Position numbers and translations under genes: made by a program. Of a stretch of DNA of 64,000 nucleotides, positions 1-8,227 are shown piece after piece. Below the pieces are notes generated by a model. It searched no databases. It had not been told where the DNA came from and worked only from the letters and a program-made list of their open reading frames with translations. Source of the stretch: Candidatus Bathyarchaeota archaeon (GTDB lineage Archaea; Thermoproteota; Bathyarchaeia; Bathyarchaeales; Bathycorpusculaceae); contig OY970176.1 of NCBI GenBank assembly GCA_963707955.1, forward strand, positions 416,001-480,000. The letters are read 5' to 3'. The stretch's first letter is position 1; every line of letters begins with the position of its first letter.

Positions 1-234
1 ACCGACACGGCCAACAACAATTTCACAGGCGGCGTGGTGACAGTTACTATTCCAGGCGATGTTGACGGCAACGGCAGAGTCAACATGGGCGACGTAGTCA
101 GCCTCTGCACGGCTTTTGGTTCAACAGTCGGACAATCAAGGTACGTTCCAAACTGCGACATAGACAATAACGGCAGAGTCGACATGAGCGACCTAATCAT
201 CGCCTTACGCCACTTCGGACAACACTACCCGTAG
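1..234 (+). CDS. C-terminal part of a secreted dockerin-domain protein (5' end outside window)
   Basis: Frame open from base 1 (TDTANNNFTGG, CARDB-like end), then two Ca-binding dockerin repeats GDVDGNGRVNMGD / CDIDNNGRVDMSD. Confidence 0.8.
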   Translation, partial: TDTANNNFTGGVVTVTIPGDVDGNGRVNMGDVVSLCTAFGSTVGQSRYVPNCDIDNNGRVDMSDLIIALRHFGQHYP

Positions 235-723
235 CGCGTTGTTAAGCGCCCAAAGTGAGCACAAAACTTCAAAATAGAGGAAAGCTTAGACCGTGACAGT
301 GAAACTGTCTTCGCAGAGTCCATTCTGCTTCGGCTGCGGACTGAAAATGGGCTTTTCTTTGTTTGTTGAAAAAATTCGGCATACATAGAACTTGGGCTGA
401 TGATCGGCGTTGACTGATATTAAGTAAGGCAAAAACTCCATGACTTCCCGAGCGAGGTCATACTTGTTGTGCAGTCAGAGTTCTCTGTTTTCCGTGAGTA
501 TATAAGAATTATAGTGAAACGTATCTCTAGAAGGTTGTACCCATTTATATGGGTCTTTTAGGAGTTAAGCGAATACAGACAGAGTCCAAGAGCTATATCC
601 AGCACAACCCCCTTCTTTCTTGTTGACTTCATGGGATTGCACCACGTGTGTTAAGTTTCATCGTCTAAATAAGCTTCTATGAGATATCTGTGTGAACAAT
701 CTGCAATCCAGGGCAATCAAACA

Positions 724-802
724 TGGCGGGCCCGGAGGGATTTGAACCCCCGTTCTCCGGCTCCGAAGGCCGACGCCTTAATCCAGACTGGGCTACGGGC
801 CC
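724..802 (-). tRNA. tRNA-Arg(TCG), encoded CCA
   Basis: Reverse complement GGGCCCG...TCGGC CT TCG GA GCCGG...GGTTCAAATCC...CGGGCCC G CCA forms a cloverleaf. Confidence 0.93.
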
Positions 803-895
803 ACACAAGAATACGCGCAGAAGCAATTAAAAGTGTTACGTGGACATGTGGAGTAGATCTTATGAGAGAGGATTTTAGAACGAGTTTGCAGGCCG

Positions 896-1669
896 ATGAT
901 CCTTGAGAAAGATAGAACTGTCAAGCTGGGAGAGCGTTCCGCAGAAGACGGACAGTCTGAGAGAAACCTCGAAATCATATACGGCGTGAAGCTCGAAACC
1001 GATTCTTCGGACATTCAACTCGACCGACTCTATCCAACCGAGGATTTCTTTGAGAACGACAAAATAGCCCTCGTGTTTATGAAAATCGTGAACGAAGGTT
1101 ATGACGTGCCAATAATAGCGGTCGAGCGTGGGGAAGACTACTTCGTTCTTGACGGCCACCACCGTTCCTTCATTTCAAAGAAACTCAAGAAGAAAACTAT
1201 CATGGCAAAAGTTCTAAAGTTTCCCAATGGCACAGGCTATCGAGACGTCCCAAAGTCTTCGCTCGAGGACCTTCCAATCAAGGAAGTAGCCGCTATTGAC
1301 GATCTGATCGTGAAAGCGTGGGGACGCATACTTAACATCTTGAAACAGTATGAAGTCTTGTACCGTATGCATTTCTGCATGGAGAAAAAACAGGTCTGCT
1401 TGAGAGACGTGTCTCCGACGCAGCCCGAAGTACTGAAGGAGCAGATTGACAGGATAAACAGGCTATTGGTTCCAGTGGCCTGCATACAGTACGACGAAAG
1501 ATACTATGTCCTGGATGGCCACGCAAGATGCTTACGAGCCAAACAGCTCGGCCTGAAATCAGTTGAAGCAATAGTGTTGTCGCCGCAAATGCATGTGGAT
1601 TTCGGAATAGTCAAAACCGCCAAAGAGATGAAACTCGAAAGCCTCGAAGACATCACCATAACGAAATGA
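896..1669 (+). CDS. Tandem ParB/Srx N-terminal-domain protein
   Basis: Two ParB-like motifs, YFVLDGHHR and YYVLDGHAR, each preceded by a PT(E/Q) strand. Confidence 0.75.
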   Translation: MILEKDRTVKLGERSAEDGQSERNLEIIYGVKLETDSSDIQLDRLYPTEDFFENDKIALVFMKIVNEGYDVPIIAVERGEDYFVLDGHHRSFISKKLKKKTIMAKVLKFPNGTGYRDVPKSSLEDLPIKEVAAIDDLIVKAWGRILNILKQYEVLYRMHFCMEKKQVCLRDVSPTQPEVLKEQIDRINRLLVPVACIQYDERYYVLDGHARCLRAKQLGLKSVEAIVLSPQMHVDFGIVKTAKEMKLESLEDITITK

Positions 1670-1719
1670 ACCCGTACTGATGCTTATTAATAAGGGCGCC
1701 TTCGCATCTGTGGCAACCC

Positions 1720-1737
1720 GAAAACCCTTAAAAATAA
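1720..1737 (+). promoter_or_regulatory. Putative BRE/TATA promoter of tRNA-Ile
   Basis: GAAAA + CTTAAAAATA about 35-45 nt upstream of the mature tRNA 5' end. Confidence 0.45.
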
Positions 1738-1768
1738 TCTGCAATCTATACTAGATGTCTCAACATGA

Positions 1769-1844
1769 GGGCCGGTAGCTCAGCACGGTCTGGAGCGTTC
1801 GGCTGATAACCGAAAGGTCGCCGGTTCGAATCCGGCTCGGCCCA
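1769..1844 (+). tRNA. tRNA-Ile(GAT)
   Basis: GGGCCGG...TTCGG CT GAT AA CCGAA...GGTTCGAATCC...TCGGCCC A; CCA not encoded. Confidence 0.93.
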
Positions 1845-1883
1845 CTAAAGCCAAAAATCTTATTAGCATATTGAAAAGAAATC

Positions 1884-2279
1884 ATGCAAGGTGATGTTTT
1901 GGCTAAAGACGACGAAATGCTAGACGAACTTAAGAAGATCAGAACACTGTTGGAACCGAAGCCTGCTGCACCGGCGCCGAAAGGCATGTGGGCTGAATTC
2001 ATGGACTTCGTATCCAAATACAAGGTCATGGGGCTTGCTGTTGCTTTCATTATCGGCGTTTACCTAGGGGCTGTAGTGCTGGCACTAGTCAAAGACTTGA
2101 TAATGCCAATAATAGGTCTTGCAATGCCTGGTCTTGGGGACCTTGCGAGCTACATTGTCACGTATTCTAATCAGAAGTTCGGCATAGGAGACTTTCTAGT
2201 GGCCGTGATAACCTTCATCATCGTGGCCTTGGTGATCTTCCTGCTTGTTAAGGTCAGCAAGAGATGGGGCCTAGAGTAG
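1884..2279 (+). CDS. mscL: Large-conductance mechanosensitive channel
   Basis: EFMDFVSKYKVMGLAVAFIIG...LVKDLIMPII...GDFLVAVITFII matches MscL TM1/TM2; true start may be slightly downstream. Confidence 0.85.
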   Translation: MQGDVLAKDDEMLDELKKIRTLLEPKPAAPAPKGMWAEFMDFVSKYKVMGLAVAFIIGVYLGAVVLALVKDLIMPIIGLAMPGLGDLASYIVTYSNQKFGIGDFLVAVITFIIVALVIFLLVKVSKRWGLE

Positions 2280-2415
2280 CAGAAGAAAAGAATCAACGAA
2301 CACCTCAAGGTTCCATGGAAGCCGCCAACGAAAAACATCCCCAATTTTTCTGTGTTAACAGAAGACGAAAAGCTGAAATCCTAACAGACCACATAACTTG
2401 TGCTCGGTGGATTAG

Positions 2416-2706
2416 ATGCCACAGTACATTCTGCTCTCAAACTTGACGGACGAAGGATGGAAAACCGTCAAAGAAAAACCTGCCAGAATCAAAGAAGTCA
2501 ACAAGGAACTTGAAGCCTTCGGCGTTCGAGTCATCAGTCAGTACGCAGTTCTCGGACCTTACGATTTCGCAACCATCGTCGAAGCTCCAGACAACAAGAC
2601 TATCGGCAAAGTTTCTATCGAACTCGGGTCGAGAGGGACAGTCAAAATCATGAGCATGGCTGCCGTTCCCATAGAAGAATTCATAGCTTCGATGAAAAAA
2701 CGATGA
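2416..2706 (+). CDS. GYD domain protein
   Basis: 96 aa with AVLGPYDF motif and typical GYD layout. Confidence 0.8.
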   Translation: MPQYILLSNLTDEGWKTVKEKPARIKEVNKELEAFGVRVISQYAVLGPYDFATIVEAPDNKTIGKVSIELGSRGTVKIMSMAAVPIEEFIASMKKR

Positions 2707-2919
2707 AAGCTTCAATCTCCCCCCTTTTTCCTTTTCAGTTTGATTCCCAATTCTCGTTACTTTCTGACTGTTGTTAAATTATTGAAGGGCTGATTCTTCA
2801 CTTCAAAAAAGAAGCCTATGATTACATCGTAAATCATTAGGCAACGACAGAAATGCCCAGGACAGCCAACGAACAGTATAAACGAATCCTTTGCATCTGG
2901 AAAAGCAGAGGATTTCAAA

Positions 2920-3714
2920 ATGAAAGTCAGACTCAAGGGCAATAATCAGATAAGACTTTTCAGACAAGTAGGTAAAAGGCTCGTTTCCAAGATAACTGTT
3001 AGCAAGAACGTTGCAGGAGTCATTTTCCTCGGCGGCCTAGCCAGAGGTTTCGCCGACAAGTACTCGGATGTAGACATAATTGTCCTGCTCAACAAGGAGG
3101 ATCAACCCTTGCGAAGACAGATTCACAACATGGGCTTGGAAGAACGAAAAAACTCAGGCCTCGACATCGACCTCGAAATTCACTATCTGAACGCCTTTCA
3201 AAGATGGAAATGGGATGAAACTAACAGATGGGATTTTTCCCATGCCGAAATCGTCCATGACCCTGAAGGACAAATCACAAGACTGTTCGACGCGAGACTC
3301 AAAGTTTCAGAGAAATTCTGGGTCAAGCGCATCGTAACGTGCACTGAGTATATGAAATGGTACTGCTGTCCACCTACGGACGACGTCGGCACCATCGCCG
3401 AGGCTTGGGTTGACAGAGGAGACCTGCTTTCTGCAAACTACTGCTTGAACTACGCTATCGACTTGCTCCTTAAGACAGTCTTCGCCCTCAACAAGGAATT
3501 CTTGCCTCCACCAAAATGGAGGTTATTCTACTTTCGAAATTTGAATTGGCTTCCCAGTAACTATGGATTCTTGAAGGCCGCAATCGAGGTGAAAGGGCTA
3601 ACGGTAGAATGTCTAAATCGGCGATTGAAGAGCCTTAGAGAAATATGGCAGGTGATTCTTGTTAAGGTGCAAGAAGAAACTGGGCTCAGATCAGATAACC
3701 AGGCACTACGTTGA
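2920..3714 (+). CDS. Nucleotidyltransferase-domain protein (DUF4037-like)
   Basis: GGLARGFADKYSDVD Pol-beta NTase motif, C-terminal PPPKW; extreme C-terminus may be frameshifted. Confidence 0.75.
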   Translation: MKVRLKGNNQIRLFRQVGKRLVSKITVSKNVAGVIFLGGLARGFADKYSDVDIIVLLNKEDQPLRRQIHNMGLEERKNSGLDIDLEIHYLNAFQRWKWDETNRWDFSHAEIVHDPEGQITRLFDARLKVSEKFWVKRIVTCTEYMKWYCCPPTDDVGTIAEAWVDRGDLLSANYCLNYAIDLLLKTVFALNKEFLPPPKWRLFYFRNLNWLPSNYGFLKAAIEVKGLTVECLNRRLKSLREIWQVILVKVQEETGLRSDNQALR

Positions 3715-3946
3715 AAGGGTACTGCACCAAACGCCGGCTCATTAAGGCCTATCCATAGCAATTTGGCCAACTCAAAGATCAAAGGTATTGAGCACATCGA
3801 ATGAACTCTTGCAAAAATCAGCATCGTTTGATGCAAATTAAACCGAGACAAGAGCACTCTAAGGGTTAAATTTAAGAACAGATGAAACTTTCATATACAC
3901 AAGCCAAAGCAGTTTGCTACGAGCGTCCTCTCGAGGAATCTGACAG

Positions 3947-4288
3947 TTGACAGGCAAAGACTTCCACAAACTCTTTCTTCAAGCAGTAGACGATGCCTTC
4001 TCATCGCTTGGTGATTCAGCGAGACAATCAATCTACTTCCACCTTGAAACAAGATTTGGGATGCCACGAGACGAAATTCCAAACCGCCTTGAGGATTTCG
4101 AGAATGGACTTGAGAAAATCTTCGGAGCAGGAACCAAGTTCCTGGAAATCTTGATAATGAAAAGACTCTACGAAATGATGGAACCCAAGAGAAGAATCAT
4201 GAAATGGAATGACGACAACGAGTTCAAATTCATAGACTACGTTAAGGCAACGGAACAGAGCTTTTACAAAAAGAAAAGGAAACCCTAG
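3947..4288 (+). CDS. Small archaeal signalling-associated protein (DUF3227/NitrOD5-like)
   Basis: AVDDAFSSLGDSARQSIYFHLE...GLEKIFGAG; paralog of the next gene. Confidence 0.65.
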   Translation: MTGKDFHKLFLQAVDDAFSSLGDSARQSIYFHLETRFGMPRDEIPNRLEDFENGLEKIFGAGTKFLEILIMKRLYEMMEPKRRIMKWNDDNEFKFIDYVKATEQSFYKKKRKP

Positions 4289-4420
4289 AATCCACTCTTA
4301 GACTGAACTTGCTAGTATTGCAAGGTCAGAGCGTCAATTCATATTCTCAGTTCACAAACGATTTATCAAGGCTCCATCGTGTCTTATTCTGAACTTACGT
4401 CAAGTGAGCGAGGGTGACGT

Positions 4421-4756
4421 TTGCCTCAGGGAAAATTCAACAAAGTTCTGTTAGACGCAATTGAGGGAGGCCTGTCCTCGCTCGGAGATTCACCGAGAGA
4501 AGCGATCTTCTACCATCTCGAGACATCTTTCCAGCTGAAGAAAGAGAACATTCCGCTAAACTTGTCGGAATTCAAGCAGGCTTTGGAAAGAATATTCGGA
4601 CCAGGAGCTCCATACCTCGAAAAGATCATCATAAGATGCCTCTACGAAAGGCTGGGGCTAAGTTTTGAAGAGCCGAGACACGTAGACTTCGTGGTCTGCG
4701 TCAACGATGCGAAGAGGCAAGTCACGCGTGAAGAGGAGGTGAAACAGTATGAATAA
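4421..4756 (+). CDS. Small archaeal signalling-associated protein (DUF3227/NitrOD5-like), paralog
   Basis: AIEGGLSSLGDSPREAIFYHLE...ALERIFGPG; overlaps start of the response regulator. Confidence 0.65.
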   Translation: MPQGKFNKVLLDAIEGGLSSLGDSPREAIFYHLETSFQLKKENIPLNLSEFKQALERIFGPGAPYLEKIIIRCLYERLGLSFEEPRHVDFVVCVNDAKRQVTREEEVKQYE

Positions 4757-5222
4757 AACCATCAGAATCCTCATTGTTGACGACGACGAAAACATCAGAA
4801 AAGTGCTATTAGCTATACTCGAGGACAAGGGATACACCGTTGAATCTGTCGGAACAGCTAGGGAGGCAGTAGAGAAAAGCAAGAGAAAATTCTACAACTT
4901 GGCTTTAATCGACATTCGACTTCCAGACATGGAAGGGATAGAGCTTCTCACAAAGATGAGAGACACGACGCCAAAAATGCGAAAGATAATAATCACAGGC
5001 TACCCGACGCTGCAAAACGCTGTAGACGCTGTAAACAAAGGTGCAGACGCTTACATTGTAAAGCCGTTCGACGTTGAAAACGTCCTGAACGCGATTGATC
5101 AGCAACTCAGGAAACAGCAAGAAGAGAAGAAATACAGCCAGGACAAAGTCGCAGAATTCATAGAGGCAAGAGTCAAAGAAATGGGCATGGAAACTGAGGT
5201 CGCAGAAAAACAAAGACGATAA
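4749..5222 (+). CDS. Response regulator receiver protein
   Basis: ILIVDDD, DIRLPDMEG (phospho-Asp), ITG, YIVKPF. Confidence 0.92.
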   Translation: MNKTIRILIVDDDENIRKVLLAILEDKGYTVESVGTAREAVEKSKRKFYNLALIDIRLPDMEGIELLTKMRDTTPKMRKIIITGYPTLQNAVDAVNKGADAYIVKPFDVENVLNAIDQQLRKQQEEKKYSQDKVAEFIEARVKEMGMETEVAEKQRR

Positions 5223-5299
5223 GAGTCGATCCTAAACACGTTCAACCCTTTCTTCAACTTCATACCCTGAAGTTCCCCACAGATCATGAAAAGTTTTTG

Positions 5300-6196
5300 T
5301 CAGCTTTTTCTCATGAAATTCTTGCGTAGGAACTTGACATGGTGGCCAACTTCGAACCCTATGTTCCGCAACAAAGTGACAGACGGAACGTTGAACTCTG
5401 ACGTATGTAAGACCGCTGTGTCCATTCCCTTTTCAAAGAGGAAGTTCATTGCCCGCACTGTGAGAGCAGACGCGAGTTTTTTCGAACGAAACTCGGGAAC
5501 CGTTGCTGCTGGACCGAGATAGCCTCGCCTTTCACCGAAGAGCTTATTGTATTTCACGACGGGCCATGCAACGACAACTGACAGCATTCTGTCCTGAAGC
5601 GCTGCCAAGTGAACCCATTCTTCGTCGAAGGGAGGAGACTCAACCTTGCCCTTCTCAATAAAGCCTTGTTTTAGTCTTTCCCATCCAAACACCGAGTTCA
5701 CAGTTTCGACAACCTTTTTTTCCTCCTCAGGTCTCGAGCTGCGGATGGTCACGCCCTCTGGAACGGCCGGAAGCGGCCGAACATGCTCGAGCTTTGCTAT
5801 CATCTGGTACAGACCGCCCTCAGGCTTGTATCCCCTCTCTATCCAATCATTGGTCCTTGGACTTCCAGCGTCGACTGAGGTGAAAACCGTTTCCCCGCGG
5901 ACACACTTCTCAGCCTGCGATACCAGCATGTTTTCCTTGAGTTTTCGGTCAGGCCTTTCTTGAACAACAAGCCACCTGATCTCCTCGCCCCAGAAACCGT
6001 CGTTGTACGTGACAGAACCCACAGCTTCACCGTTTTCCTCGGCAATCAGAGTTCGAAACTTCCCTTCCTGAATTCTAACGCGCACATCGTCTTCTGTGAG
6101 GGGAATGTATTCATATGATCCTTCGTTCGTCTCATTGAGAAGTTTGACAAGCGCTGACAGATCCTTCTCTGTAAAGTCTCGAACTTGAACAGTCAT
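5300..6196 (-). CDS. Tandem GNAT N-acetyltransferase
   Basis: Two GNAT folds; ATVPEFRSKKLASAL and LRNIGF motifs. Confidence 0.8.
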   Translation of the reverse strand: MTVQVRDFTEKDLSALVKLLNETNEGSYEYIPLTEDDVRVRIQEGKFRTLIAEENGEAVGSVTYNDGFWGEEIRWLVVQERPDRKLKENMLVSQAEKCVRGETVFTSVDAGSPRTNDWIERGYKPEGGLYQMIAKLEHVRPLPAVPEGVTIRSSRPEEEKKVVETVNSVFGWERLKQGFIEKGKVESPPFDEEWVHLAALQDRMLSVVVAWPVVKYNKLFGERRGYLGPAATVPEFRSKKLASALTVRAMNFLFEKGMDTAVLHTSEFNVPSVTLLRNIGFEVGHHVKFLRKNFMRKS

Positions 6197-6415
6197 GGTT
6201 TGTCTTGATCAGAGGCGTTTGAAAGCGTAATAAACGTTTAGATACCTTTCAATTTTCCAGCAACCCAAAGGTACTCAGTTCCAGAAAGTTTAAAGCCTAA
6301 GTTCGCGCGCGAGGCAACGCATTGTGTCCTGCAATGTAAGATGAGCCTGCCATAGCTCTTCGAAAAGAGCCACATTGGCAAGATTTAAATTCTCCTCCCT
6401 GTCTCTGTGCCCTGA

Positions 6416-6745
6416 GTGATGCTTATGGCGTTTTGCTCGAAGTGTGGCGAAAAAGTACCTGAAGAAGCGTATTTCTGCCCAAAATGTGGTTTCAGAACCA
6501 GAAAAGGCGTTGAAGCCGGCGTTGCTGCCCCTGTAGAAGATGTAAGGGAAGCCTTCGCTAAGATGGAAAAGGAACTTGAAAAAGCATTCACGACCGCCGC
6601 AAAAGAGATGCAGAAGGCGTTCAAAACCGTAACAGACAACGTCAAAGAAAAAGGTTTTGCAAGACAAGTTGTTTGCACAAGTTGCGGAGAAAAGAATCCA
6701 AATGGTGCCAGCTTCTGTTACAAATGCGGCAAAAAGATCGATTGA
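6416..6745 (+). CDS. Double zinc-ribbon protein
   Basis: CSKCG..CPKCG and CTSCG..CYKCG flanking a coiled segment. Confidence 0.8.
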   Translation: MMLMAFCSKCGEKVPEEAYFCPKCGFRTRKGVEAGVAAPVEDVREAFAKMEKELEKAFTTAAKEMQKAFKTVTDNVKEKGFARQVVCTSCGEKNPNGASFCYKCGKKID

Positions 6746-6800
6746 TGATGCTCGAATAGATGATGTCATTAGCACAAAATTGACTCGATAGGTGAAAAGT

Positions 6801-6980
6801 TTAAAATGGGTGACTCGCGAGCACGTACACCGTGGACAGAACAACTTGCCCTTGGCTCATAAAAAATTTCGTTGATCCAAAAGCAGAGTTCATTTTTGTT
6901 CCTATCAAAAAAGTCGAAGAAGTCGCCAAAAAGAGAAGGCAACCCCTCATGATGCACCGGACGCGCGCTGCAGACTCTGA
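6801..6980 (+). pseudogene. Frameshifted ChrB-like (chromate resistance C-terminal domain) fragment
   Basis: KWVTREHVH / VDRTTCPWLIKNFVDPKAEFIFVP / KEKATPHDAP joined across two frameshifts, then degenerates. Confidence 0.7.
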
Positions 6981-7022
6981 ATCTAAAGCGTGTCAAACAG
7001 GCAATGAGACGAGGATACTGCC

Positions 7023-7529
7023 GTGACCATCATCAGTCAGCGTCTCAAAATCGTTCCTGCCAGAAGACTTGAACACTTGACATTCAACCTGTGCAACTTC
7101 AATTTCTTCAGAAAAAGCGAACGTGGGAAGGCCATGCTCTTCTTTGGGAACTCAGGACAGCTAGCATTGCTAATTGCTGTGCCCTACATCCTGGGATGCG
7201 AGCTTGCCTTTTTCAGAGAGGAGAGATACTTCGTCAAGTTGAAGAAGCAACTGGTTGGCGTTTTCGTCCTCCGCGAGAAATCTGACGCTTTATACGTGGG
7301 AAGCTTGGGTGTAGCACCCGAATACAGAAAACATGGCATAGCCACTTTCATTCTAAGCAATTGCACGCAAGTCGCAAAGAGGCTCGGCAAGAAATGGCTA
7401 GAACTTACCGTGTTAAAGACGAACATTCCTGCGAGGCAGCTCTACGAGAGATTTGGCTTCTTGGATAAAGAGGAAAGGAAATGGTCTTTTGTGATGACAA
7501 AAAGAATTAACAGCCATGAACGCAGTTAG
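7023..7529 (+). CDS. GNAT N-acetyltransferase
   Basis: LGVAPEYRKHGIA, NIPARQLYERFGF. Confidence 0.8.
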   Translation: MTIISQRLKIVPARRLEHLTFNLCNFNFFRKSERGKAMLFFGNSGQLALLIAVPYILGCELAFFREERYFVKLKKQLVGVFVLREKSDALYVGSLGVAPEYRKHGIATFILSNCTQVAKRLGKKWLELTVLKTNIPARQLYERFGFLDKEERKWSFVMTKRINSHERS

Positions 7530-7711
7530 AAAGTAGTTCGATGCGAAAATCTTAAACAGCTTCACTGTTGGGCAGAAATGAAGCCCTTTTGCCTAGATAC
7601 ACCCCCTTTGCCAACCTCGTTTTTTGGTGATTATGTTCACATCAAACATGACCTATCTGCATGTTCCTCAGGTAAATTCAACATTAGTGTAGAAAGAACT
7701 TAAATAAGTAA

Positions 7712-7727
7712 ACGCTAGATACAGCGT
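7712..7727 (+). promoter_or_regulatory. NrdR-box-like operator
   Basis: ACGCTAGATACAGCGT is an imperfect palindrome matching 12/16 of acaCwAtATaTwGtgt; lies just downstream of TATA-like TTAAATAA (7700-7707) and upstream of nrdR. Confidence 0.65.
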
Positions 7728-7780
7728 TCGCCTAAGTTGTGAAACACTAACAACTTCCTGAGCGCATACATGGTGATCCT

Positions 7781-8227
7781 TTGAAGTGTCCTTACTGCGG
7801 GTCTGAAAACCTGAAAACCCTCGAAACGAGGGACTCGCCTGACAACGCTGTCAGAAGACGCAAAGAGTGCGAAGACTGCGAGAGACGGTTCACAACGTAC
7901 GAGTATGTTGAAACGGTTGAGTTGATAGTGAAGAAGAGGGACGGCAGGCCGGAGCGCTTTGACCTCAACAAGATCATCAGAGGTCTGCAGAAAGCCTGCG
8001 AGAAAAGACCCGTGACGATGGAGCAGATCCACGAGCTGGCAGAGCATGTCAGACAAGACCTGATGGCGCCTGGAAAAGAGGAAGTCAGTTCTCAAGACAT
8101 CGGGGATTTGGTAATGAAATATCTGAAGAAACTTGACCGAGTAGCTTACATCAGGTTCGCTTCGGTCTACAGGAAGTTCGAGGAACCTGAAGATTTCCAG
8201 AGATTGCTCAAAGAGGTAAAAGCATGA
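7781..8227 (+). CDS. nrdR: Transcriptional repressor NrdR
   Basis: MKCPYCG..RRRKECEDCERRFTTYE zinc ribbon, ATP cone, VAYIRFASVY. Confidence 0.95.
   Translation: MKCPYCGSENLKTLETRDSPDNAVRRRKECEDCERRFTTYEYVETVELIVKKRDGRPERFDLNKIIRGLQKACEKRPVTMEQIHELAEHVRQDLMAPGKEEVSSQDIGDLVMKYLKKLDRVAYIRFASVYRKFEEPEDFQRLLKEVKA

Noticed and set aside
679-906. 75-aa ORF
   Set aside because: Antisense to tRNA-Arg; spurious. The same applies to 1760-2050 over tRNA-Ile and 38479-38673 over tRNA-Leu.
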